Assembly: GCA_016779945.1 (NCBI GenBank)
Contig: JADHMR010000004.1
Coordinates: 1 to 58,332 of the forward strand
Length of the DNA: 58,332 bases
Direction: 5' to 3'
Source: Bacteroidia bacterium
GTDB taxonomy: Bacteria > Bacteroidota > Bacteroidia > NS11-12g > UBA9320
Part shown: positions 26,355-35,762 of the stretch, in pieces
Layout of the letters: the number at the start of each line of letters is the position of its first letter
How positions within the stretch are numbered: position 1 is the stretch's first letter
Position numbers and translations under genes: made by a program
Notes under the pieces: model-generated
Told to the model about the DNA's origin: nothing
Seen by the model: the letters and a program-made list of their open reading frames with translations, nothing else
Database searches by the model: none

Positions 26355-28732
26355 TTCCCAAAAATATACAGAAGCTTAACATAAGCATTTCTCGGTTGAC
26401 CTGTTATAATCCCTGGACCTGGATAACTAAGAGCCCTTCGTGTAAAATAAGTACTATTGAAGATATTATTTACAGATAGCTTTAATTGAAAATGCTTTTG
26501 ATCATAGCCCATAGAATAATCGTGAATCACAAAAGAAGGTACAATTCCACGAGTTGCGTCACTAACCAAAATACTATTGTTTGCATCTGTATACTGCATA
26601 TCTTGATAGTTAAACTGATATGAAGCATACCATTTTTTGTAACGAATACTAACTCCAGTTCTAAGTAGATGCGGGATTACATATTCTAGTTTTTTACCTT
26701 CAAACGATGAGAGTCCTTGAGAATATCTGCCATCAATATAGCTGTAATTTATAAATGACTCAATCTGCCAACTTGAATTATCCAATTTCATTAGATCTGA
26801 TAGACTAAGCCTAACATACGATTCGATCCCACGGCTATATGCCCTTCCAATGTTTGTTCTGAATGCCGTCAACTGTTTTGCTCCATTTTGCTCAATAACA
26901 GTCTCAGAAATTCCAATCCTGTCGTGATAACTTAGGTAAAATAAACTGAGGTCAAACCAACAAATGTTAGGAATTAGATATCCTCTAAATGTGATATCTG
27001 TATTAAATCCTGACTCATCCTTTAGATTAGAATCAACTCTTAAATTAGGATTAGAAATACTCATATCACTGAAATTAATGGAGCGATAATTTTGGGTAAT
27101 ATTTGCTAAAATTTCAACTTGTTTAGTTTTTTTACTCAACCCAAGTCCTAGAAGTGGGAATTGTCTAAAATAACTACGCGAAACCGAGACAGTATCTTCA
27201 AAAATTAAACGACCCCCAGAAATTAATCTGTTTTTATAAAAACCATTAGCATTTGTTTCAATTGCCTCCAATCTTATCCCAGGTATAATAGAAATTTGAT
27301 AGGGTAAACGAAAAATATTTTCAGCAAATAAGGCCGCATTATAGCCAGGATGCTGGTAATCAGACACACCTGCACTTTCCGGATTGATCAAATTAAAATC
27401 TGCATCGTCTCCTCCCTTTGCAAATCCTTGTCTGCTCCAATTAAACCCTCGATATGCTCTTACACCAACCAAAAAGGTAGATGGTTGTGTAATGAACGTG
27501 TAGTGTCTTAAAAACCGACTTTCAATACCCCAATTATTAAATTCTCCAATTATCAAATCGCGTTCTCTGTTGGCGTCTGGTCTATTAGGTCTACTGAGAT
27601 CTCCTACTGATTTTCTGCTCGCATCCAAAGTGAAAAACCGAACATTTAATCTTCGTTGATTAGAGAATCTTTTATTCCAAATTAATGCGTATAAATTCCA
27701 GTCTACATCAAACCAATTTCGCAATCGTTTAGCTTGATATGGATTCATTTCAAACTCAGTATCTGTTAACCCCCCAGGCTGTTGAGCTAAATACTTCATT
27801 CGAGTATATTGAAATTTAATTTTAGACTTTTCAGAGATTTGATAGGCTAAAGAAACGTAACCGGTATTTTGGTGAAATTTTGCATTAGGTAAAAATCCCT
27901 CTCCTTGTTTTCTTTGAAAAAATCCATAGTAACTCCACTTATTTTTAGTCCCACCTATACTCGTAAAGCTATTCAAAAACTCAAAAGATCCACCCGTTAA
28001 ACTTTGTCTAACAACCAATTGAGATTCTTCTTTTTCCTTCAATTGGTAATCTAAAAGTCCACCAAAATGTGGACCACTCTGCAGTGCTGCTGCTCCTCTT
28101 ACAAAACGAATTTGCTCAATTGCCTCCGCTGGAGGGACATAATAAGACTCTGGATATCCAAGTGCATCTGCACTAATATCGTATCCATTCTGCCGCGTAT
28201 TTAAATTACTTGTCCTATTTGGATTTAAACCCCTAGTACCGATATTTATTTGGAGGCCTGAAGCATCATTTTCCCATATGTTTAATCCGGGTATCCGATT
28301 GAAAAGTTGACGGGCATTATTATTCGCTAAATTCATAGTCCGCGAATCTGGTGCTATCAATTCCGTTTTTTTAGCTGCAAAAATTTCAGTCCCAATGACA
28401 TTAGTTAAACTGGTCTTTGCTCGATTACCTAATACATTTACTCGATTTAACTGAACCCATAACTCAGGCACTTCGATGATTAATGAATTAATGCCTTTCT
28501 TTAAATAAATTTTATCTTTAATCTCCTGTTTTTCCAGCTGCAAACGATAGTAGTAATCCCCCGGTTGAAATCCGTATATCGAAGTATTTTGGGCATTAAT
28601 TAAATAAATACTATCCCCTAAATAAAAAGTAGCATTCGTATTTTTCAACCCGTATATTTTTAATAGTAAGGATGATTGAGCCTGACATGTAAAGCTTAAA
28701 AAGACAAATGCTATGTATACCAAATGTCTCAT
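26351..28732 (-). CDS. TonB-dependent receptor (last gene of the DUF4856-imelysin-HTTM operon)
   Basis: 793 aa. Signal peptide ending TCQAQS. Plug motifs (RIPGLNIWENDASGLQINIGTRGLNPNRTS). Long beta-barrel ending LLYIFGN. ATGA overlap with the HTTM gene. Confidence 0.9.
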   Translation of the reverse strand: MRHLVYIAFVFLSFTCQAQSSLLLKIYGLKNTNATFYLGDSIYLINAQNTSIYGFQPGDYYYRLQLEKQEIKDKIYLKKGINSLIIEVPELWVQLNRVNVLGNRAKTSLTNVIGTEIFAAKKTELIAPDSRTMNLANNNARQLFNRIPGLNIWENDASGLQINIGTRGLNPNRTSNLNTRQNGYDISADALGYPESYYVPPAEAIEQIRFVRGAAALQSGPHFGGLLDYQLKEKEESQLVVRQSLTGGSFEFLNSFTSIGGTKNKWSYYGFFQRKQGEGFLPNAKFHQNTGYVSLAYQISEKSKIKFQYTRMKYLAQQPGGLTDTEFEMNPYQAKRLRNWFDVDWNLYALIWNKRFSNQRRLNVRFFTLDASRKSVGDLSRPNRPDANRERDLIIGEFNNWGIESRFLRHYTFITQPSTFLVGVRAYRGFNWSRQGFAKGGDDADFNLINPESAGVSDYQHPGYNAALFAENIFRLPYQISIIPGIRLEAIETNANGFYKNRLISGGRLIFEDTVSVSRSYFRQFPLLGLGLSKKTKQVEILANITQNYRSINFSDMSISNPNLRVDSNLKDESGFNTDITFRGYLIPNICWFDLSLFYLSYHDRIGISETVIEQNGAKQLTAFRTNIGRAYSRGIESYVRLSLSDLMKLDNSSWQIESFINYSYIDGRYSQGLSSFEGKKLEYVIPHLLRTGVSIRYKKWYASYQFNYQDMQYTDANNSILVSDATRGIVPSFVIHDYSMGYDQKHFQLKLSVNNIFNSTYFTRRALSYPGPGIITGQPRNAYVKLLYIFGN

Positions 28733-30036
28733 TTTAATTCTCTAGCAATAATGTATGGTTTATTCCCCCAATTATCACTCTCATTCAATAAATCAACATT
28801 TGGATCAATATATCTTCGAGAAGTTCTTCCATTGATTGTTATGAACGAATTTACGAATACCTGAGGTTCAGAAACGAGGTCTTTATTTTTTTGGGCAATA
28901 TGCTGAGCAAATTGAAGCATAAAATCGGGTTGGATAGCCATTTGTTTCTCTTGAAATGGTGTAAGATATTGAGCATTATCAATTTCCATGGATCGATTTT
29001 TATTTTTATCTTTTAAAACAAATGTTGCAACCCCTGCCTTTTCTACCAGCATCACCCTCCATCCAAAACGATAGCCAATTTCTGTCACAAACGTATTCCC
29101 TGAATAAGCCAGATGACGAAGAGGGAGAATAATCTGAATTAAAAAATAAATCCCTAGCAAAGGAGTTAATATTTTTTTATGATTGGCAGCTACAGTTTGC
29201 TCATTTTTATCTGTAAAACGCTTATATAGCCTCTGATGGAATTGATCACTAAAAAAGATTAGATTACTGGTTATCATCAACCATGGAAATATGCCAATAT
29301 TAAATAAAACATATGTTGCAAGATGAAATATTACCACTGTAGCATACGCATATGGTCTTGTCTTTTTCCAACATAAAAAATAAACAATAGTGCAATCGTA
29401 TAAAGCTCCAACCCAACTAAAAATAAAAGCTAGCTCAGTGTATTTGAATAATCCTCCAATGATGGGAAAATCATGATGTTCAGGCAACCAAATACGAAGA
29501 GGCAAAGCATTAAAAATCCAATCTGAATTTAGCTTAGCTATACCTGCATAGGTGTATACTATCCCAATTTGAAGGATAATTATCCAAATAAAGAACTGTG
29601 GAATTGTCTTACTTGGCTTTACACTACCCCTCCACACGTCCAGTGAAAAAGCACGATTTGCTGGTGTTAGTAAAAGTAAAAATCCAAGCAAGCAAACCAA
29701 ATAATGATGGTTGAGATAGTTCGTAGCATCCACCAACTCGAAATAAGTAAATATACATAGAAAAATAACAAGAGCCCATCTATAAAAAAGACCAATTGCA
29801 ACGAATAATGCAGTCAGTACCATCACAAAAAATAAAGGCTTTATAAAATATTGAGGGCACATCTCTACCCATTCAAAATTGTAATATTTGAAGAAAAAAT
29901 CTGGCTGAACGTATAGCTTCTCAATCCATCCTTGCATCCAAAATCGAATGGAACTAAAAAACATCAATCCACCGAATAAAATTCGGAATGTAACCAAAGG
30001 ATATATACTTCTTTGTGTGCTAATAACAGACCACAT
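28729..30036 (-). CDS. HTTM domain membrane protein (vitamin K-dependent gamma-carboxylase-like fold)
   Basis: 435 aa. N-terminal LVTFRILFGGLMFFSSIRFW...YVQPDFFFKYYNFEW and multiple TM helices are typical of the HTTM domain. Soluble C-terminal ~130 aa. Confidence 0.75.
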   Translation of the reverse strand: MWSVISTQRSIYPLVTFRILFGGLMFFSSIRFWMQGWIEKLYVQPDFFFKYYNFEWVEMCPQYFIKPLFFVMVLTALFVAIGLFYRWALVIFLCIFTYFELVDATNYLNHHYLVCLLGFLLLLTPANRAFSLDVWRGSVKPSKTIPQFFIWIIILQIGIVYTYAGIAKLNSDWIFNALPLRIWLPEHHDFPIIGGLFKYTELAFIFSWVGALYDCTIVYFLCWKKTRPYAYATVVIFHLATYVLFNIGIFPWLMITSNLIFFSDQFHQRLYKRFTDKNEQTVAANHKKILTPLLGIYFLIQIILPLRHLAYSGNTFVTEIGYRFGWRVMLVEKAGVATFVLKDKNKNRSMEIDNAQYLTPFQEKQMAIQPDFMLQFAQHIAQKNKDLVSEPQVFVNSFITINGRTSRRYIDPNVDLLNESDNWGNKPYIIARELK

Positions 30037-30050
30037 AAAACGGGTTAGTT

Positions 30051-31181
30051 TTAATCAGAATCACTCGGATTATCTACATAGGTAATGGGTATACACATCA
30101 CACTTGGCATATCGCTTTTAAGGTAGATTACTTGTTCAGATAAGGCATTATATGCATTAATCACGTTTTCTTGATCATCATCAACACTCTCATGAAGTGT
30201 CTCTTGTATCGCATTGATTTTTTCAAGTGAAATATCAAACTGATTGATGATAACATCAGCCAGACCTACGCCATTTTTTTTTGCTCCAATTGTTCTCAAA
30301 ATTTCAGCTAAGCCTTCGCCCTCTGTTCCGTCTTGCTTTATTCCTAAAAAAAGATTCTTAGTTGATTGTATTGCTGTTTTTGCCCATTCAAGTGATTTTC
30401 CACTATAGTAGGCTTCTACCTCTTTCGGATTCGTAAATCCAAGTGACAAAACACCACTTGGCACTCCTATTTTATCTCGTTTAATATACTCATAGTCTCT
30501 ATTTAAGGCATTAACAATTAGATTTATAGACTGGCCGTCTGTAGTTCCCGTATTTTGTTTGAACTCATTCGCATAAATAATCCAATTTTCGAGAACAATA
30601 TCTAATTTTTTGTTCATATCCTCCAGTGCTGCTTTGGCATAAACACCATATGTACCGTTTGTGTTGAACGAGTCTATGATGCCTTCATCATTGGATGAAA
30701 GTCCATATAACAAAAAATCGAGAAGAGGTAGGCCTTTATTGTATTCATCAGGAGAAGAAAAATCCATTTTACGGTCTTGAATATCCAATAAAACTTTGGA
30801 TACATTCAATGGGAAATTATTGAATGAACTTACCCAAAAAACATCTTCACCTGGACCAAATGAAAAAGCACTTACTGTCTGCCAAAGCTTGTATGTCGCC
30901 AAATATTCTGTTCTGAATCGAGTCAGATTAACTAACTGTGGATCATCAATAAAATTCACTCCTTCTCGATAGCATTCATCAAATTGTCTATCAAATGATT
31001 GAAGTCTGGGCAAAATGATGTCATCTGCATAATTGGTGAGAAGAGGAGAAATGTCGTATTCTGATATACAGCTGGGGGTAAATTTTTGATTATTATCCTT
31101 ACAAGAGGATAAAAATCCAAAAGTAAAAAGTATGCTAACAGCTACAAAAAAATTATATTTAGATGTAATGTAAGTTATCAT
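30051..31181 (-). CDS. Imelysin-like (peptidase M75-like) lipoprotein
   Basis: Start taken as ATG 31181 (MITYITSKYNFFVAVSILFTFGFLSSC lipobox). Helical two-domain protein of imelysin size. Family call is from memory of neighbourhood and composition, so moderate. Confidence 0.6.
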   Translation of the reverse strand: MITYITSKYNFFVAVSILFTFGFLSSCKDNNQKFTPSCISEYDISPLLTNYADDIILPRLQSFDRQFDECYREGVNFIDDPQLVNLTRFRTEYLATYKLWQTVSAFSFGPGEDVFWVSSFNNFPLNVSKVLLDIQDRKMDFSSPDEYNKGLPLLDFLLYGLSSNDEGIIDSFNTNGTYGVYAKAALEDMNKKLDIVLENWIIYANEFKQNTGTTDGQSINLIVNALNRDYEYIKRDKIGVPSGVLSLGFTNPKEVEAYYSGKSLEWAKTAIQSTKNLFLGIKQDGTEGEGLAEILRTIGAKKNGVGLADVIINQFDISLEKINAIQETLHESVDDDQENVINAYNALSEQVIYLKSDMPSVMCIPITYVDNPSDSD

Positions 31182-31191
31182 TTGTATGCTC

Positions 31192-32319
31192 CTATAATTG
31201 GTCTTTGATATCATCCAATCCGTAAATTGATGATAATTTGATTTTAGCATCATTAAGTCCTTTAGCATCGATCGAATAAAAATCCAATTCTAACAGGGAT
31301 TCTGAAGCTCCTAGATTGAATAAAATCTCTGATAAGTCTGAGGAGTTGATGGTTTTGTACGAATTGAATTTTAGAGCATATGCAAAACCATATGCCTCTG
31401 CTAACGCATGACCCTTAATACAAACGTCATTCATATTTCCTAATGTTTCGTTGATGTAATGAATAGCGTTTGCAGCAGCTAATTTTTCAATAGCTAATCT
31501 TACATTGATAATTGCAGCATCTCTATTAACCATATTCTTATTAGTGATAGCTGCTCTACCTGCTATAAAAGCTTCCATTAATTCGTGATTGCATGCCAAT
31601 AATTGGTTTCGTTTATTGGCATACGACCCCCAAAATATCAAATTATCCGTATTCGTAGGAAAATCTAATGGTACACCCAAATATCCAAATGCCTCATCCC
31701 AATGATGTTCCATTGCCGTTCCTTTGCCCGGTATCACCTCTTCATTGTCTGCATTTATTTTAGTGTCTCCTGTGTATACCTCATTAATCTGATATGCGAT
31801 AAAAGCTCCCATCAATCCTTTTTCAAAAACCTGAGCTTCATCTACACCATTCGCATTTAACAAATATTGTTTAGAATTATCGTTTGAGGAAACGACCCCT
31901 GAAATACCTTTAATATGTGCTTGTGATGAATTACTTGAATTAGCTATACTTTTCAAAAGACTTTCAAAATCTGACTGTAAAGGTTCAAAGGTTTTATTCT
32001 TAATCTGCTTAGAATCCTCGTATAGACCCGCCCAACCAGCTTTTTCTGAATCATTAGTAAACATGGCTACTACTTTTTCGATGTTTAGTGTATTGCCTGA
32101 TACATTTACTGTTTTGAGATAGTTCTTGATTTCTAGTAATTGGTTTAACCGCTGGGTTTGTCCGGTATATGATACATTTTCAAACGCAGTATATGTGTCT
32201 GGTATCCTATAACTGTTATCTGTAATAACAATCGGCAACTCTTTCTTACAAGAATGTAGAGTCACAGAAATAAGGGCTATACAGCCCATTAAAACTCTTA
32301 ATTTGATTTTCATTTTCAT
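31192..32319 (-). CDS. DUF4856-like lipoprotein
   Basis: Start at ATG 32319 or 32313 (MKMKIKLRVLMGCIALISVTLHSC lipobox). The MEHHWDEAFGYLGVP motif matches my memory of DUF4856. The track start at 32376 lies upstream of the predicted promoter. Confidence 0.55.
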   Translation of the reverse strand: MKMKIKLRVLMGCIALISVTLHSCKKELPIVITDNSYRIPDTYTAFENVSYTGQTQRLNQLLEIKNYLKTVNVSGNTLNIEKVVAMFTNDSEKAGWAGLYEDSKQIKNKTFEPLQSDFESLLKSIANSSNSSQAHIKGISGVVSSNDNSKQYLLNANGVDEAQVFEKGLMGAFIAYQINEVYTGDTKINADNEEVIPGKGTAMEHHWDEAFGYLGVPLDFPTNTDNLIFWGSYANKRNQLLACNHELMEAFIAGRAAITNKNMVNRDAAIINVRLAIEKLAAANAIHYINETLGNMNDVCIKGHALAEAYGFAYALKFNSYKTINSSDLSEILFNLGASESLLELDFYSIDAKGLNDAKIKLSSIYGLDDIKDQL

Positions 32320-32363
32320 TTTTTTTGTTGGAGAATTACTTTGAATCCTACCTAATAATGGTA

Positions 32364-32371
32364 CAAATTTA
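32364..32371 (-). promoter_or_regulatory. -7 box TAAATTTG upstream of the DUF4856-imelysin-HTTM-TonB receptor operon
   Basis: Exact TAnnTTTG on the minus strand, 44 nt upstream of ATG 32319. Confidence 0.4.
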
Positions 32372-32418
32372 AACACTATTTTTAATTGGTCTAAATAAGT
32401 TTAATAAATTTTTAACAT

Positions 32419-32442
32419 TGTGTAAATCATCTGAATTACACA
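32419..32442. promoter_or_regulatory. Inverted repeat TGTGTAA-N10-TTACACA in the divergent intergenic region
   Basis: Perfect 7-bp arms (32419-32425 and 32436-32442), roughly midway between the operon promoter and the aspS promoter. Confidence 0.3.
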
Positions 32443-32489
32443 CACGATTTAGAGGAATTTAGGGGTGTAATAAAAACCAATCAAAGCCT

Positions 32490-32497
32490 TAAATTTG
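32490..32497 (+). promoter_or_regulatory. -7 box TAAATTTG 5 nt from the aspS ATG (leaderless geometry)
   Basis: Exact TAnnTTTG. Context reads TAAATTTGCGGCA-ATG. Confidence 0.45.
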
Positions 32498-32502
32498 CGG
32501 CA

Positions 32503-34236
32503 ATGCACAGAACACACACTTGCGGCGAGTTAAGAGATTCTCATATTGGTAAAGAAGTCACCCTAAGCGGTTGGGTCCAGAGACGAAGAGATTTTGGAGC
32601 AATGACCTTCATCGATTTAAGAGATCGATATGGTATTACTCAGTTGAGCTTTAATGAAGACCAAGATAAAGAATTAAACACGCGAGCCCGATCTTTGGGT
32701 CGTGAGTTTGTGATAAAAGTCAAAGGAGAAGTTATTGAACGAAGCAATAAGAACAACCATATCCCTACGGGCGATATTGAAATTCAAGTGCGAGAATTTG
32801 AAATTCTTAATGCAGCCCATACTCCCCCTTTTACTATAGAAGACGAAACAGACGGTGGCGAAGAAATTCGTCTGAAATATCGATACCTTGATTTACGAAG
32901 AAATCCTATTCAAGATAAAATAGTTCTCCGTAGTAAGCTCAATAAAGCTATTAGAGATTACTTGAACGACGCAGATTTTATTGATGTAGAAACACCTGTT
33001 CTTATTAAATCTACACCCGAAGGTGCTCGTGATTTTGTAGTACCTAGCCGAATGAACGAAGGGCAATATTACGCTCTGCCTCAGAGTCCTCAGACCTTTA
33101 AACAACTACTCATGGTGAGTGGATTAGACAAGTATTACCAGATTGTAAAATGTTTTAGAGACGAAGATTTTAGAGCAGATAGACAACCTGAATTTACTCA
33201 AATCGATTGTGAAATGAGTTTTGTAGAACGTGATGATGTGCTTTCCACATTTGAAGGAATGATTCGTTCTGTGTTTAAAAAAGTAAAAAATATTGACTTA
33301 GGAGATATCCCTGTATTGACATATGACGAGGCAATTAGAAGGTTTGGAAGCGATAAACCAGATATGCGGTTCGGCATGGAATTGGTGGATATCAATGAGG
33401 TTACCAAAGGAAACGGTTTTGGAGTATTTGACAATGCAGAGCATGTAGTTGCAATTAATGTTTCTGGAGGTAACTCCTACACAAGAAAACAACTTGACGA
33501 ACTCACGAACTGGGTCAAACGTCCACAAATTGGTGCTTTAGGAATGATTTACTGTAGGGTAAATGAAGATGGAAGTTTTAAATCTTCTGTAGATAAATTT
33601 TTCTCTCCTGACCAACTTGCTAAATGGGCTGAAGTGTGTGACAGCAAACCAAATGATCTTATACTAATCCTCAGTGGTGATGCCACCAAAGTCCGAAAAC
33701 AAATGAACGAACTTCGACTATACGTTGCTGATCGTGAAGGGCTTCGAGCTAAAGACAAATTCAAAGGTTGTTGGGTAGTTGATTTTCCGTTGGTGGAATA
33801 TGATAAGGAAAGTGATAAGTGGCATGCCATGCATCATCCATTTACCTCACCTATACCTGAAGACCGCCAACACATGAAATCAGATCCTGCCAGGGTCAAA
33901 GCAAATGCTTACGATATGGCAATCAACGGTATGGAAGTCGGTGGTGGAAGTATTCGTATCCACGACAAAGAACTCCAAAAAGAAATGTTTGACTTACTTG
34001 GATTTTCTGAAGAAGAGGCTCAAGAACAATTCGGATTTTTGATGAATGCATTTGAATATGGAGCACCACCTCACGGCGGAATAGCATTTGGATTAGACCG
34101 ATTAGCAGCTATTCTAGCAGGAACCGATTCCATTCGTGATGTCATTGCTTTCCCAAAAAACAATATGGGTAGAGATGTAATGATAAATGCTCCAGCTCCT
34201 CTCAATGCAGATCAAAAAAAAGAACTGGACCTTTGA
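32503..34236 (+). CDS. aspS: Aspartate--tRNA ligase
   Basis: 577 aa. [11 protein letters not shown] start, OB-fold, class II motifs ([31 protein letters not shown]). Confidence 0.95.
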   Translation: MHRTHTCGELRDSHIGKEVTLSGWVQRRRDFGAMTFIDLRDRYGITQLSFNEDQDKELNTRARSLGREFVIKVKGEVIERSNKNNHIPTGDIEIQVREFEILNAAHTPPFTIEDETDGGEEIRLKYRYLDLRRNPIQDKIVLRSKLNKAIRDYLNDADFIDVETPVLIKSTPEGARDFVVPSRMNEGQYYALPQSPQTFKQLLMVSGLDKYYQIVKCFRDEDFRADRQPEFTQIDCEMSFVERDDVLSTFEGMIRSVFKKVKNIDLGDIPVLTYDEAIRRFGSDKPDMRFGMELVDINEVTKGNGFGVFDNAEHVVAINVSGGNSYTRKQLDELTNWVKRPQIGALGMIYCRVNEDGSFKSSVDKFFSPDQLAKWAEVCDSKPNDLILILSGDATKVRKQMNELRLYVADREGLRAKDKFKGCWVVDFPLVEYDKESDKWHAMHHPFTSPIPEDRQHMKSDPARVKANAYDMAINGMEVGGGSIRIHDKELQKEMFDLLGFSEEEAQEQFGFLMNAFEYGAPPHGGIAFGLDRLAAILAGTDSIRDVIAFPKNNMGRDVMINAPAPLNADQKKELDL

Positions 34237-34599
34237 TTAGTCTAAGGTAGTTTTATCAAACATTGCCTTTTGATAGTCATTATAACATTCTAAAATTACA
34301 GGCAAAAACTCTTCATTCTGTTCCTTTTCGTTTTGTGCTTTTATATATTGGTATTCCACTTTTGAAAAACCATTGGTAATAGACTCCGAAAAACAGGAGC
34401 AATATTCTTCTGTTTCTTTTGCAAATCGAACAGCACGTCCACCAACATCATCAATACACATTTTTTTTAAATGCTCTTTATCTTCAGCAGTCCATTGATT
34501 TTTATTTGATAAATAACCAGTTATTATTCGAGATACCCCCCATAATACGAAAAGTGCTGATAGTGCGTAAATAGCTATTTTTTGAATCTGACTAGACAT
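34237..34599 (-). CDS. Hypothetical membrane-anchored protein
   Basis: 120-aa ORF with one N-terminal TM helix and several Cys residues. No recognised motif. Confidence 0.5.
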   Translation of the reverse strand: MSSQIQKIAIYALSALFVLWGVSRIITGYLSNKNQWTAEDKEHLKKMCIDDVGGRAVRFAKETEEYCSCFSESITNGFSKVEYQYIKAQNEKEQNEEFLPVILECYNDYQKAMFDKTTLD

Positions 34600-34641
34600 A
34601 ATTTTGTGCTACAAAACTCCTACTTTTTATTGAATCATGGT

Positions 34642-34649
34642 TATTTTTG
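34642..34649 (+). promoter_or_regulatory. -7 box TATTTTTG upstream of the DUF1801 gene
   Basis: Exact TAnnTTTG, 13 nt from the ATG. Confidence 0.4.
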
Positions 34650-34662
34650 GATGTAATAATTC

Positions 34663-35115
34663 ATGAAATTTACAGCAAATTCACCTGAAGAATACATTGC
34701 TCAACTTCCCAAAGAGCGAAAAGAGGTCTTTATTAAGATTCGAGATACCATTAACAAAAATATTCCTTCTGGCTTTGAAGAATGCATAAATTATGGCATG
34801 ATTGGTTATGTAGTTCCCAAGTCAGTTTACCCTGCCGGATACCATGCTGATCCTAGGCTCCCACTCCCATTTGCTAACATCGCATCTCAAAAAAACTTCA
34901 TTGCTCTCTATCACATGGGTATATATTCCGATCCTGATATGCTCAAATGGTTTCAAACTGAATATGCCCAACATTGCAAATACAAATTAGATATGGGCAA
35001 GAGTTGTATACGGTTTAAGAGAATGGATGATATTCCATTTGATCTTATTGCAAAACTTATGGGTAAAATGACCCCTAAAGATTGGATTAATCGTTATGAA
35101 AGTTCTTTAAAATAG
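34663..35115 (+). CDS. DUF1801 (YdhG-like) domain protein
   Basis: 150 aa. The N-terminal SPEEYIAQLPKERKEVFIKIRDTI pattern is typical of DUF1801. Confidence 0.6.
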   Translation: MKFTANSPEEYIAQLPKERKEVFIKIRDTINKNIPSGFEECINYGMIGYVVPKSVYPAGYHADPRLPLPFANIASQKNFIALYHMGIYSDPDMLKWFQTEYAQHCKYKLDMGKSCIRFKRMDDIPFDLIAKLMGKMTPKDWINRYESSLK

Positions 35116-35688
35116 CTATTGATTTTTTAAGAAACTGATTAATTGAGCAACAGCCAGACCACGATGACTTATTATTGCCTTCTCTGCTAGAGACATCTCT
35201 GCAAATGTCTTATTACTTCCTTTTGGTAGAAAAATAGGATCATACCCAAAGCCTTTCTTGCCTGATTTTTTTAGTGTAATTTCTCCATCACATACCCCCT
35301 CAAATTCATAAAAAACTCCATTCAAACACAATGAAATACAAGTTCTAAATCGTGCCTTTCGATTTGATTTTCCCAAAAGATTATGCAACAATAAGTTCAT
35401 GTTGTCTTCAGCACTTTTTTGAACTCCTGCATATCGAGCTGAATAAACTCCAGGCTCTCCGTTTAAAGCCTCTACCTCAAGGCCTGTATCGTCTGCAAAA
35501 CAACTTTCATTTGTTTTTTCCCATACTTGTTCGGCTTTTTGTCGTGCATTTTCATCTAAAGTATTCCCTGTTTCTGATAGTTCCTCAGGAAACAATAATG
35601 GATCAAGACCAATCACGTCATAATTTGCTAATTGAGACTGAATCTCATATAACTTATTGGGATTTTGGGAAGCAAGAATGATTTTCAT
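35116..35688 (-). CDS. rdgB: Non-canonical purine NTP pyrophosphatase (RdgB/HAM1 family)
   Basis: MKIILASQNPNKLYE..., FADDTGLEVEALNGEPGVYSARY, FGYDPIF, SHR. The start at ATG 35688 is supported by the adjacent -7 box. Confidence 0.9.
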   Translation of the reverse strand: MKIILASQNPNKLYEIQSQLANYDVIGLDPLLFPEELSETGNTLDENARQKAEQVWEKTNESCFADDTGLEVEALNGEPGVYSARYAGVQKSAEDNMNLLLHNLLGKSNRKARFRTCISLCLNGVFYEFEGVCDGEITLKKSGKKGFGYDPIFLPKGSNKTFAEMSLAEKAIISHRGLAVAQLISFLKNQ

Positions 35689-35693
35689 CAAGA

Positions 35694-35701
35694 CAAAAGT
35701 A
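35694..35701 (-). promoter_or_regulatory. -7 box TACTTTTG 5 nt from the rdgB ATG (leaderless geometry)
   Basis: Exact TAnnTTTG on the minus strand. Confidence 0.45.
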
Positions 35702-35762
35702 AGGTTTATCGCCATTTGAATTTTAGATTAATTGATCACTAAAAAAATAGCATATTTGTTGT

